Assembly: GCA_030704615.1 (NCBI GenBank)
Contig: CM060731.1
Coordinates: forward strand, 47,120,001-47,184,000
DNA from: Takakia lepidozioides
Lineage: Eukaryota; Plantae; Bryophyta
DNA: 64,000 nt
Reading direction: 5' to 3'
The notes under the pieces were generated by a model. That model saw only the letters and a program-made list of their open reading frames with translations, did no database searches and was not told where the DNA came from. Of the stretch, positions 38,111 to 49,210 are shown in pieces. The position numbers and the translations under genes were made by a program. The number at the start of each line of letters is the position of its first letter. Within the stretch, counting starts at the first letter, position 1.

Positions 38111-41100
38111 TGGTTGTTGAGTGTTTGAAATTGAAAGTTCTGGTGCAAGGAGCAATTTAACTTATGAGTTGATGTCCGCCATAGCAGCTATGAGAAGACT
38201 GCGATCCTTCGGCCCCACCACCTTGAGCACGCCTGAATACTCCATCAGCTTAAAGTCTCCCAACGCACTCCTGCTCGACCCTCCCAGGACTCCTCTCACT
38301 AGTCGTTACCCCCCCTCACCCAACCAGCGCTGACCATCCCGAGGCCTTCATCATTGAGGCCATCCTTGGCATCAAAACCCAAACCTCACTCGACGCATTT
38401 GGCGCTACTAGTGTTGATACATACTATCTTTGTAAATGGGCACGCTTTTCTACATAAGACTTGTAACACGTGGCAAATCGAAGAAGTTTGGGACCCACGA
38501 AGACGGTGACCCCGCCCATAACCGTGCTCTTCTAATCAGATTCCACAAACAAACTAACACCAAATGTCTAGCACAGACCCGCTGGTCAACACCACTCTTC
38601 CCGAACCCAATTAATAGACGCCCTTACATCCGCATCTCCCTAGCTGCCCCAAATCTGCATATACAAACCACCGAATGTAACCCAGACAAAGACATTGCGC
38701 ACAATTCCCCCATCATATGCCCTAGTCCTAGTATGTCCAACATATACACACTCAGCGGCAGTTTTGCCGGGTCAATTTCCAACACCAAACTTGCCTGGCT
38801 CAGGTCTTAATACTCCACTTCCACATCTTCACACTACAACCGCCAAAGCAAGACTTTGCCACGGAGGTCTGCTGGCTTATAGACCGGTACCTTCGCGACA
38901 CCCCCCCCCAAAAAAACTCCGTACCCTCGATAAACTAGCTCTTGCATATACTCATAGCACCATCCCACCAGACATCCTCAAACTTCTCATTACCATATTT
39001 CAGCTTACACACTCATACTATTCTAGCCCACTCACGTGCCCCCTTGAGCTCTCCTCCTATGACAGCTTGTAGATGCATATATTGCTACATTTTTATTTTC
39101 GGATCGTTTTTGATCTTTTGACAGGCAATTTCGATATTGTACTGCTAATGCAGGGCGGTTTGTTAGTTACTTGGAAATTGGCGGCGAAGCACTTAGGATT
39201 AGTTGCGTCTAGGAGGTGACCATGGAGAGGAACTCTAGCCCCCAGATTGCGTCTGAGACGACCATAGACAAGAGATTCTAGGCGTCAAGAGGATTGTAGG
39301 AAGCTGCATCGACAGCTTGTTAGGCAAACCGATCAATACCAGGAGCGACAAGTCGAACCTGTTCGAACATTGCAAGGCGAGCATTTGGATATGGATTGCG
39401 ATCCCTCTATTCTCCCTTCTCTCAAGTCCAGTAGACTCACAGGAGGACATACTTGGCAATTGGTAAGAACAATGTATAGCGATGAAATATCGTGACAAAG
39501 TAAGATGCTGCATCGGAGCAAACGGCGGAGCATGAAGATTCACGGTGAAATATGACTCCCCAGCGGTGCGGAGCATGTAGGAGAAGACTCTGGGAAGGTT
39601 AGAACCCAGTGGCAGGGCCAAAGACCCCCAGGGCCACCAGTAGTATTTATTTTCCAAGAAGGAACTTTCGAAATGGTGAAACGGTGAAAACCGGCGATAG
39701 AAAAATCTCTTCTATCGCCGAAGAGTACCGAGGGTACTGGATCTCAGCCAAAGTAGGGCCATTGGAGACAAGGCTCTTACTGCCCCCATCTTTTTTTTTT
39801 TCAGGTTCAATACACGTTGGCCTGGATGTTGCCAACCCCCCTTCTTAGGGAATCTCAATGTGCAATCTTCGCTAGAGACACACCTCGCCTGGCAAGTGGC
39901 GTATCTAGGGTGTTGCCCTCTATGTCAAACCATCGCTGACGAAGGCATCGACTTCCATCGTCCCCATCCCATTATTCGGAGGTCTGGGGAGGCCACCACC
40001 TATTTGAGTAAGAAGAATTTTATTGATCTTCCATTTGACTGGATGTGTTGGCTGTTTGGGTGTGGGTTAGAAGACTATTTGGAGGTAGAGGAATGCTTGC
40101 CTCATCCAAACACTACTATCACATACATCTACCCACCCATATTTTACAACAGTTGCAGTGAGAGTGAGGCGGCATTAATCATTGAATTGATCACCAACGG
40201 ATAGTTGGACGTGGCGCCCACCATACACGACGTCACTTGGATCGAAGGTCGCCCTTTAGCAGCTCCACAAGGCGTCATTGCGGATCCTGAACGACCACTG
40301 CCATTTTTCTTTGCACGGGAAATTCTCACAAGTTTCCTCCCTATCATTCCGTTGAAGATAGTACATGCTATCTCCTCTGTTAGCAGCTCTCCTTGTACCT
40401 CAGTACCAGAGTCACTTGTGGGAATATATGAGGAATTGGCAGTTGCAGTATAGGTAAGCTGCCTTCGAAGGTCGGTGAAGATCTCGCAATTGCAAATTAT
40501 GCTTTTCTTTCAAAAATGTCTGCCAACCAGCACAAACAATGTAAGGCTTTGAAATTTAAGAACGTCACCCACTCCATGCTTTTGATTAATGAGAACTTGT
40601 TGCATGAACTTCTAAGGTGGGTATGACTTTTGAGGCTAGGATCAAGAGGATTCGAAGCAGATTTTGGCAACATGATCTAGAAATTTGACTTATAATAGAA
40701 GCCTACATCGATCGATTGGCTCAGCGGAAATCCATCAAGGAGAAATGGATCAACGAAAGGGTTTGGTGTGAACAACCCTCGGAAACAGGTCCGCCTAAGC
40801 ATTTCTACTGGTGTAAAGACAGGCTTAATTGGCCATATTGTTCGTGCCCTGGAATATATTTAGGGGCTCTGCACCCCGGGTCTTCTTTTGCGGCACATCT
40901 CAGGTAGCAGGTAGACTTCTTCACTCATTGTCGCGTATGTCAGCTCTTGGCGTCCCATTATGTGCGTAGACTAGATGAGTGTAGGTACTGCAACGTCCCA
41001 CAACCACCAGAAGATTGGATAATATATGGGAAGTTGCACATTGACGTGCCTCCATCGCCAAGGTTCCACGGAAAAGATTTAAATTTGACCTCGTTTATTG

Positions 41101-42119
41101 TTGACATGGTCGTTCAAGGTAATATAGGTCCTTTAGTGCAGACTGAAGTAGGGGAATCCTCATCAGCACAGTAGTGAGTGTATGTCTAGCTCAGGATCAA
41201 GAGCCACACTCCCAAGCCTAGATAACATATCTTTTGATACTAGGTTGCAAAGAAGACTGGCTAGAGAAGCCGTCCGAGATCAGCTGCTAGGGAAGAACCC
41301 GGCACTAAGTCCAGACTCAGACTCGGAAACTAGAAGTTTGGGTAAGATAGAGTGGGAAGGAGAGAACACCGAAAGCTCTTTGGACATCGAGTGTTCACGA
41401 GTGGTTTCCCCTATATCTAGTCCCCCTATACATCACCGGCCAAGTCAAGGAGCCCTTCGCCGTTGTTAGTGTCAACCATGGCACATATCACAAGATCTTT
41501 GTCAAATTAACGACAAATCAGCCTCATAACAAGGCACTATCTAACTTCACCTTCCATAGGCAGTATCTTACCTGATAAAAACTCATGTCATCTTCCTGCT
41601 GTTGCGGCTAGTGGTTCAAGTAGGAATAATAGGTTTCTAACGTAGACCTGTACCTGCACCTGCATCCACCGCAAGCACTCATATGGTCTGCTGGTCATCA
41701 ACCCAGCCTCACCATAGAAGAAACACTGGTGGTCTTGCTGGTCATCACTCCAGCCTCACCACCGACAGCATACTCTAGGATTGGCCGGTGATCAAATCCG
41801 GACCAACCTCCTATGAAAACAAGCTCCCACATAAAGCTACAATGGCGCACAGTCAAGCATGCAGGTGTGGAAGGGATCCAAACACAAGAAAATCAAGACA
41901 GCAACTCCCCCACACCAAAAACACTCCACAGTGTCGCTGCTGCAATGACACCCCAGCCCAAATCCGGACTAACTCTTGCCTCCACCTACGGAAAGGTTTT
42001 GGCCTACAGAGATGGTGAAAGACTATGGGGAAGAGAAACTAAAGCAATTCCTAACCCCGGAATGCTCTCATCCCACCACTCTCCCTCATGTCTCTATCAA
42101 CTCGCTTGTATGGCCGTGG

Positions 42120-42320
42120 CAAGTATCCTTCAAATATCCCTCAATCAATCCTTCAAGAGCTCTTCAACATTGTCCACCAAAGCTCTCCGAAGGGTCCTCC
42201 AATACTCCTCCAAGGACCCCAAAGATCCTCCAAACAATCCTTCAAGGACCCCAAAGATCCTCCAAACACTCCTCCAAGGGCCCTCAAATATCTTCCAAAC
42301 AATCCTCCAAAGGTCCTTAA
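42120..42320. repeat. Degenerate ~32-bp tandem repeat
   Basis: CAAGGACCCCAAAGATCCTCCAAAC(A/C).. reiterated and decaying on both sides. Confidence 0.7.
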
Positions 42321-42342
42321 ATTTCACTAAGTCCTTTCAATA

Positions 42343-42650
42343 TTGATACCTTAACAGAGGTATAGTTTGAGGTTGCTAGGGTCCCTTATGTTGATGATAC
42401 CTTTACAGAGGTATAGTCTGAAAATGAGGGTTCTGTTTGGTATACTAACAGAGGTATAGTCTGAGCTGATTAGGGTCCACATATGATGATATCTCAACAG
42501 AGGTATAGTAAAAGGGACAAGCTCATGTTTGGTATACTAACAGAGGTATAGTCTGAGCTGATTAGGGTTCACATATGGTGATACCTCAATAGAGGTATAG
42601 TAAAATGGACAAGCTTCTGTTTGGTATACTAACAGAGGTATAGTCTGAGC
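42343..42650. repeat. Array of 7 ACAGAGGTATAGT cores with alternating spacers (~92-bp higher-order unit)
   Basis: Cores at ~42354, 42405, 42448, 42497, 42540, 42589 and 42632. Confidence 0.85.
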
Positions 42651-42679
42651 ATACACTACTAGGGTTTGTAATGAAGAGC

Positions 42680-44038
42680 TCGAATGCAAGTCCTTGACTT
42701 CTATGCTTCTACTCAAGCAAAAATATGGTCTCTAGGTGGTCATAAGAGGCATCTTCTTGCTCTCTTCCACCCCAATGTGCAACCAAGAGTGGTTCAACTC
42801 AACTTGCAAGTCATTGTCCACCAAATCAATCCCCCTTCTAGTCCTTGGGATTTGATTGCAAACTACCATATCTCCATTGTCGAGCAATCATGCATTTGTC
42901 ACCTCATCACTTGACAATTGCTCCAAATCAACACAAATTATCTCAATGTGTAGGAGCAATGCTTGTCACTTACAATAATGCTCCCAAGCAATCCGCCTTG
43001 GATCCCACTCTCACGCCATATGCCTCATTTGGGGTCTTGCACCAATCCATCATCCATGTGCTCCCCTTGGTCATTTGAATGCATGTTCCATGACCTCTTG
43101 GCCTATGTGTTGCTCTCCTTCATCATAACATGAATCAACACCTCTCCACTTCATACACAAATGGATCTCAAGGCCTTCACCTCTTGCTAGTTCAAGAGCT
43201 CTCATTCTCAAACTTGAACTTACAAACTCAAGAGAGCATGCTCCACACATGCACCACTTGCTTGGTCAACTATCCACCACAAAGCTCGCACTACCAAGAG
43301 CATGAATAGCCAAGTATTGCCTCCCCCTCTTGTCACATTACAGCTATGCATACATTGAATGATGATTTCCCTTCAAGGATTTCCCACCATATGTTTTCCA
43401 AGCCCTTCCAATGGCGCCCTAAGCTTGGCTCCACACCACCATGATTGGAAGATTTCTTCACATGCTCCCTTTCAAAACCTCTTGACCTTCTTAGTGCTCT
43501 CCAAGTACTTGCCCTTGTTGTCTTCAAGCCCAAGCCTATGTAGCTCTTTGGCTTCTTTTCCACAACATCCGTACACTTTGAACTTGCTTAATCCTAGCTT
43601 GATAGTGAAATGAGCTCTAACAAGCCTTTAGTCACTCTCCACAAGCCATGGCGCACAACATCGACTCCATAATGCATACAAAGGATTCTCAAACTCTAGA
43701 ATCCATGCTTCCACACACACAAGACTTCTTCTTTGCAATCCTTGCAAAATCTTGTGACTCAAGAGCTTTCTTCTCAAGCTCTCCAACTCCTCGGTGCAGG
43801 CAACACTCGAGCACATTTCCTTACAACCCCTTGCAAGCCTTGTGATACAATAGCTAAATTCTCCTAGCTCTCAACCTCTTTAACATACAAGTGCAAAACT
43901 AATCATTACACTCCGCTCTCACAAGCATAAGGTGGATGAGAAATGAGAGAAGTGGAAGACAATGAAAACTCTCAAAGCATGAAACAATCACACTAAGAAC
44001 AAGCCCTAGTCCTTCCAAGTGAAATCCACTCTATCACA
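42680..44038 (-). mobile_element. Probable LTR-like segment that truncates the adjacent gypsy element
   Basis: The minus strand starts TGTGATAGAG at 44038, just before the methyltransferase coding remnant appears (~44041). Strong strand skew and no long ORF. Left boundary not defined. Confidence 0.35.
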
Positions 44039-44040
44039 TA

Positions 44041-44500
44041 GAGTCAGCAGTGTTGCTGGATGCAGCTGCAGTGGGGTCACGGGCTCATCGTCCACGGTTA
44101 TGGTGGACTAACTTGATGCCACCCGCACTGCTCAAGCGTACATTTGATGGGGTGCAGTGGCCAGCACACCTCACAATGGATAGCATTTTGGACACAGGGA
44201 GGCAGTCTCAGCGTGTGAGACACGATGACCGTTCGCCTTTGGCAGTGGTCAACAAGGTGGGTCAACCACGAGCAGCACTACCTACACTACTCAGCTTCCC
44301 AGGATCGCATGCTTTCCGAGATAGTGGACTTGGCATCACAATTAGTGGAGCCTAATGCCGACAAGCGAGAGCGGGCTATGGGTTTTTCCACTGGGACCAC
44401 GGCGGTGCCTTCTCTTTCTGAGGCATCACGTCGTTAGGTTTTGGGGCAAGCAATGGATCTAAATTGCTTGACCTGGATTATCAGCTTGGCTATGGCTGAG
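44041..44500 (+). pseudogene. C5-cytosine DNA methyltransferase C-terminal half (motifs VIII-X) within gypsy pol
   Basis: LLDAAAVGSRAHRPRLWWTN (motif VIII-like, cf. LNAxDYGVPQxRxR), EPNADKRERAMGF (motif IX-like, cf. LTPRExARLQGF), RR*VLGQAMD (motif X-like, cf. QIGNAV). One frameshift and one stop; motifs I-VI absent. Confidence 0.72.
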
Positions 44501-45363
44501 CAACGTAGAGTGCGGAGTGCACTTCCCTTGACGGTCTCTCTGCCTACCAAGACGGTACATGCAGTGAGTGGGGGCGAGCCCGTGAGGACCACAGGGTGTA
44601 GAAATCCATGGCACACGTGGGAGGTGCTCGAGGTTCACAGGGAGTTGGCAGCCAAGGCGGCTGTGATGGATGAGGTTGGGGATTCTTCTTGGGTTGAGGA
44701 GGTCCTCAAGAATGAGATGATGGGGCAGGATAAGGCCTTGTCATTGACTAAGCAGACAGGGAGTATTGCTCAAGACGTTGCGGCATAGCAACCATGGGAC
44801 GCGTCCTCTACCTCTAAGTCTGCTGGACTTAAGGTTGCAGTTACGAAGGGCAATTGGGAGCTTGACATTGGACCCATTGTCACTCAAGGAGAGAGACGAC
44901 GTATACGGTGGTTCCTGAGGCTTACAGGAATTGCTTTGCCTCTCGTGCTACGGTGGAGGAGCATGAGAGATATGTTCAGGTTGTGCATCGACCGGGTTTG
45001 GTCAATAGGGATGCGGATGGATTGAGTCGCAATCCATGCACGAGCTAGCAGGATGACACTGGAGCTCGGTGGCATGGTGAGACGGACGAGGAGATGGTGC
45101 CAGGATGACATGCATCTGCCTTTTTGTGTATTTTGGCATCGGGAGGTCAGGTTGGACCTACAACAGGGATGAGTGTAGACGGAGTGTCTGAGGACCCTGA
45201 GGCTAGTGATGAGCCAGGTGGTGCCAGAGATATACATGAGGATTCGGTTGTGTTGGACTACCTCCGCACTGGAGACACGGCAGCTAGTGTGACTGCCAAG
45301 GAGAGGGATCGGATCCTACAACGAGCCAAGAGGTTCAAGTGGGAAGGGATACACCTGCTTTGA

Positions 45364-46674
45364 GTGTGGGAGGATGGTCGGGTGAGGATCGTGCCTCACC
45401 CAACACAGCGTGCACGGTTAGTGCGGCATGCCCATAAGGAGTTGGGGCATTTTGGAGTGCGACGCACTCATAGTTTACTTCAGGGGCAGTATTGGTGGCG
45501 TGGTATGCACACAGAAGTGCAACAGTTCGTGGCTAGGTGCATGGTGTGTGACAGGGTGTGTGCTTCATTCAACGCCCATACACCACAGTTGCATCCTTTA
45601 CCCATCATGGGATTGGGCTACAGGTGGAGTCTTGACTTCGCAGGGTCTTTACCACTAACGATGCGTCACCACAGATATGTGTTGGTGATGGTAGAGCACT
45701 TCTCCAAGTGGATTGAGGTTGTTCCATTGCCTAACAAGGCTAGTGAGGGGGCTGCGTATGCATTCCTGGATCGTGTGCTTAGCCGATTCGGTGCTCCAGC
45801 TAAGGTACTCACGGACCAAGGGAGAGAGTTCTTGGGGGAGTTTCAGGCTTTGTGTGATAAAGCCTTGATAGACCACCGTACCACTTCTCGGGATCATCCT
45901 GAGGCCGATGGCTTGGCAGAGAAAGTGGTGCAAACGGTGAAGAGGGGTTTGCGCAAGTATGGCTTGCAAAATGGACACCTAGGAGATTGGGATCTTCAGG
46001 TACCTTGGCTAGCCATGGGCTACAGGTTTAGCAAGCAAGCATCACTTGTCTCCTTCTCACCATATTTCCTTCTCTTTGGCCGAGAGCCAGATTTGTCTGC
46101 GTCTATTCGCAGGGAGGCTGTAGTAGTCCTCAACCTTGATAATCCGGATGTGTGGACACAATCATGTGCCCAACGGGCAGAGTTGTTCAAGAGAGTCATG
46201 CCTATGGCTTTTGAGAATCTTGCTATTGCCCAACACCGAGACACATTGAGGTATGCCACTATACGTGGAGGGGGATATCGACCAGGTGTTCGGCATTTCC
46301 ACCCTGGGGACTATGTGTATCTGCAGCAGACAGCGCCTACGACCTTGGATGTCACAGCAGGACGTGTGATTCTAAGGGTCAGGGAGGTGTTGCCTTCAGG
46401 AGTGTTGATTCTGGAGGGTCGAGATGACATGGTATGGAAGGACCATGTGCGTAATTGTGCGCCATGTCACCTTCCACATGTGGATGAGAGGATAGATCCC
46501 ACCCTTGCAGTAGTACCTGCAGGATTGCGTTGCATGCTATGTGGGCATGCTCGTGGTGCCGCCACTATGCTGGTGTGTGATCGATGCTCAAGAGGTTGGC
46601 ACATGGGATGCTTGACACCACCTCTTGAGAGGGTTCATGATGGAGATTGGTTATGTCCACACTGCTTGGGATAG
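45364..46674 (+). CDS. Gypsy integrase with C-terminal PHD finger (436-codon open frame, remnant of pol)
   Basis: HHCC (HKELGH...CMVC), DDE (SLDFAG, LTDQG, GLAEK), SPYFLLFGR; C4HC3 PHD CMLC...LVCDRCSRGWHMGCLTPPL...GDWLCPHC. Confidence 0.92.
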   Translation: MWEDGRVRIVPHPTQRARLVRHAHKELGHFGVRRTHSLLQGQYWWRGMHTEVQQFVARCMVCDRVCASFNAHTPQLHPLPIMGLGYRWSLDFAGSLPLTMRHHRYVLVMVEHFSKWIEVVPLPNKASEGAAYAFLDRVLSRFGAPAKVLTDQGREFLGEFQALCDKALIDHRTTSRDHPEADGLAEKVVQTVKRGLRKYGLQNGHLGDWDLQVPWLAMGYRFSKQASLVSFSPYFLLFGREPDLSASIRREAVVVLNLDNPDVWTQSCAQRAELFKRVMPMAFENLAIAQHRDTLRYATIRGGGYRPGVRHFHPGDYVYLQQTAPTTLDVTAGRVILRVREVLPSGVLILEGRDDMVWKDHVRNCAPCHLPHVDERIDPTLAVVPAGLRCMLCGHARGAATMLVCDRCSRGWHMGCLTPPLERVHDGDWLCPHCLG

Positions 46675-46915
46675 TGGCAGCTCACAAGACATGGGAGGCC
46701 AAGCTCATAGGAGTCAATACCCAAGATCTCTGGCTCAAGTTCACAGGTTGCAAGAAGACGACTAACGATGGGGCAACTCTTGTACCCGGCCTCTTGATCT
46801 ATCGAGTTTGAGTGTAGTAGGGACAGTGGTGGAGGACTTAGTGAGGTTATGACCACTATCGCATCTTGTGGCTACCTGGACTTAGAGGGACCTAAGCGCC
46901 AGCTAGGGGGGCGAT

Positions 46916-47650
46916 TGTGATGGACTAGTGGTAGCCTAGTGATGGACTAGTGGCTGCACTAGTGTTGGCTAGTGGCAGCCTAGTGGTGGACTAGTGGCTG
47001 CACTAGTGGTGACTAGTGGTTGTCTAGTGGCAGCCTAGTGATGCACTAGTGGTGGACTAGTGATATACTAGTGTTTGGTGTGCACATATGTTGTGTGGTT
47101 TTGGACAGCGATGTAGTTGTGTAGCGATATGTATGCGCACGACAGCTGTCAAGTTATTTTACCACTAGTGTGAAATTAGCTATGAAATAGCTAGCTTTTA
47201 TATATTGACATTTGGGATTGATCCAAGTGTCAATCCACGGGCCAATACATGTTTGGGCACCTGGCGTTGTTATCTTCACGGCAGATCGCGGTGGGCTCAT
47301 CTTTCTCGAGTTGAGCCTCACCGCGTCTAGCTATGGCGCCGTAGTGTGGATTTCCCATGGCGTGGGGTGCACTTGGCTCGACTCAATATATGAGTGATGT
47401 TTTCATGTGCAAGTATGTGAGTTTGAGAGAGCTTGTGTGCTTGTATCATTCTCTTTCCTTATCATTGTGATGGACTAGTGGCAGCCTAGTGGTGGACTAG
47501 TGGCTGCACTAGTGGTGACTAGTGGTTGTCTAGTGGCAGCCTAGTGGTGCACTAGTGGTGCACTAGTGATAGACTAGTGTTTGGTATACACACATGTTGT
47601 GTGGTTTTGGACAACGATGTAGTTGTGTAGCAATATGTATGCGCACGACA
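46916..47650 (+). repeat. Tandem LTRs of the DNMT/PHD element (full 46916-47464; partial 47466-47650) with ACTAGTGG microrepeats
   Basis: Both copies start TGTGATGGACTAGTGG and share ...ATGTTGTGTGGTTTTGGACA...GTATGCGCACGACA. The second copy has fewer ACTAGT units. Confidence 0.88.
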
Positions 47651-47724
47651 TGATCCTGGAAGTAAGAGGAGGGCCTATGGGAGCATTCTGCAACGACCTC
47701 CACGCACACAGAAGTTGTGTGGCG

Positions 47725-48940
47725 AGGAAGTGAGGGGAGAATGAGCCTCCCTCGGCTTAAATCCCCCCCCCCCCCCTCCTCATTCCTCGGGCCACGCGCA
47801 GGGCAAACCTTCTAGAAGCGACCGCCAGAACTGGCGGTCGCTCCATTTTCCGTAAATAAAATAAGTAAGTGACCGCCAGCATTGGCGGTCGCTACATTTA
47901 CAGTGACATTAAGAATTAGAGCGACCGCCCATAAGGGCGGTCGCTTCATTTCGAAAAAAATTGAAATAAAATCGTTATTTATAAAACTAAAATAATTATA
48001 GCGACCGCCAGTAATGGCGGTCGCTCCATTTCCAACAAAATTTTAATAAAAGTGACCGCCACTAATGGCAGTCGCTGCATTTACAAAAAAAAACAATTGC
48101 GGCAACCGCCCGTAATGGCAGTCGCTTCACTTCCAAAATAATTAAAATAAAAGCGACCGCCTGGCGGTCGGTGCATGTACAAAAAATTTAATCCCCCCCC
48201 CCCCCCCCCCTCATTCCTCGCCTTGCGCAGGGTAGACCTCGTAGAAGCAACTAACACCTTTGCGGTCACTCCATTTAAAACAAAAAAAATCATTTTCAAA
48301 AAAAAAAAAACCGACCACCAGTAATGGCGGTCGCTGCATTTAAAAAAATAACGATTACAACGACCGCCAGCAATGGCGGTCGTTGCATTTTCTTAAAAAA
48401 GAACTTCAAGCGACCGCCGGTAATGGAAGTGAGGGGAGAATGATTTGGAGTTTATATGCCCTTCCCGCCTCATTCCTCACTCCACACGGAGGGCAGACCT
48501 CGTAGAAGTGACCACCACAAATGGCGGTCGCTCCATTTCGTAAAAAAATAAAATAAAAGCGACCGCCAGTAATGGAAGTGAAGGGAGAATGAGTCCGAGC
48601 TTATATCCCCCCCCCCCCCCCCCCCTCCCGCCTCACTCCTCGCTCCATGCGCAAGGCACACCTCGTAGAAGCGACCGCCACCTTGGCGGTCGCTCCATTT
48701 AAAAATCCCAAAAACACGACCGCAAAATATGGCGGTCAATCCATTTTCCAAAATTAAAAAAACAACCGACCGCCAGTAATGGCGGTCGCGCAAATTACCG
48801 TTAACCCTAAAACAAAAGCGACCGCCAGTAATGGCGGTCGCTCCATTTACATAAAATATATTACAAGCGACCGCTTCTTCTGGCGGTCGCTGAATTTACG
48901 AAAAAACAAAAGACGACCGCTAGTGATGCCGGTCGCTTGC
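47725..48940. repeat. Array of ~19 palindromic GCGACCGCC-N5/6-GGCGGTCGC units with A/T-rich spacers, plus a 4-copy poly-C-containing higher-order unit
   Basis: Consensus AGCGACCGCCAGTAATGGCGGTCGCTCCATTT at ~50-bp period (e.g. 47817, 47868, 47920, 48000, 48051, 48311, 48360, 48670, 48766, 48817, 48867). Confidence 0.9.
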
Positions 48941-49210
48941 ATTAAAATAAAAATGAATGCAGAGTTGGAAGCATTGGCACAATTGTTTTTCATTCCACAA
49001 GCAAATCACCGAACACAAACATGAGCAAATGACGGTGCCTTTGGCCGACATTTGACTAGTATACACATGGGCAACATCTTTTATTCCCAACACATACACA
49101 ACGGCAATACAAATACTCATAGTTACAATGATCAAACTGGTATTACTTCATTACATAAATGTAAACATGTCCACTAAAATGTGCTGATGCATGCCTACAA
49201 CTGTTTTGAT

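Larger units (their letters stand above)
44041..47650 (+). mobile_element. 5'-truncated Ty3/gypsy element: DNMT remnant - (RT/RH deleted) - integrase-PHD - PPT - LTR - partial second LTR
   Basis: The RT start LEAYRNCFA is fused to the RNase H end VVHRPGLVNRDADGLSRNP. Integrase ORF follows. PPT AGGGGGG at ~46905. LTR TG...CA at 46916-47464; a second LTR start at 47466. Confidence 0.88.

Noticed and set aside
42343-42650. CRISPR-like repeat-spacer array
   Set aside because: The spacers themselves repeat alternately, so this is a higher-order tandem repeat.
47725-48940. CRISPR array
   Set aside because: The context is eukaryotic with no cas genes. The repeats are degenerate and the spacers are low-complexity A/T tracts of uneven length.
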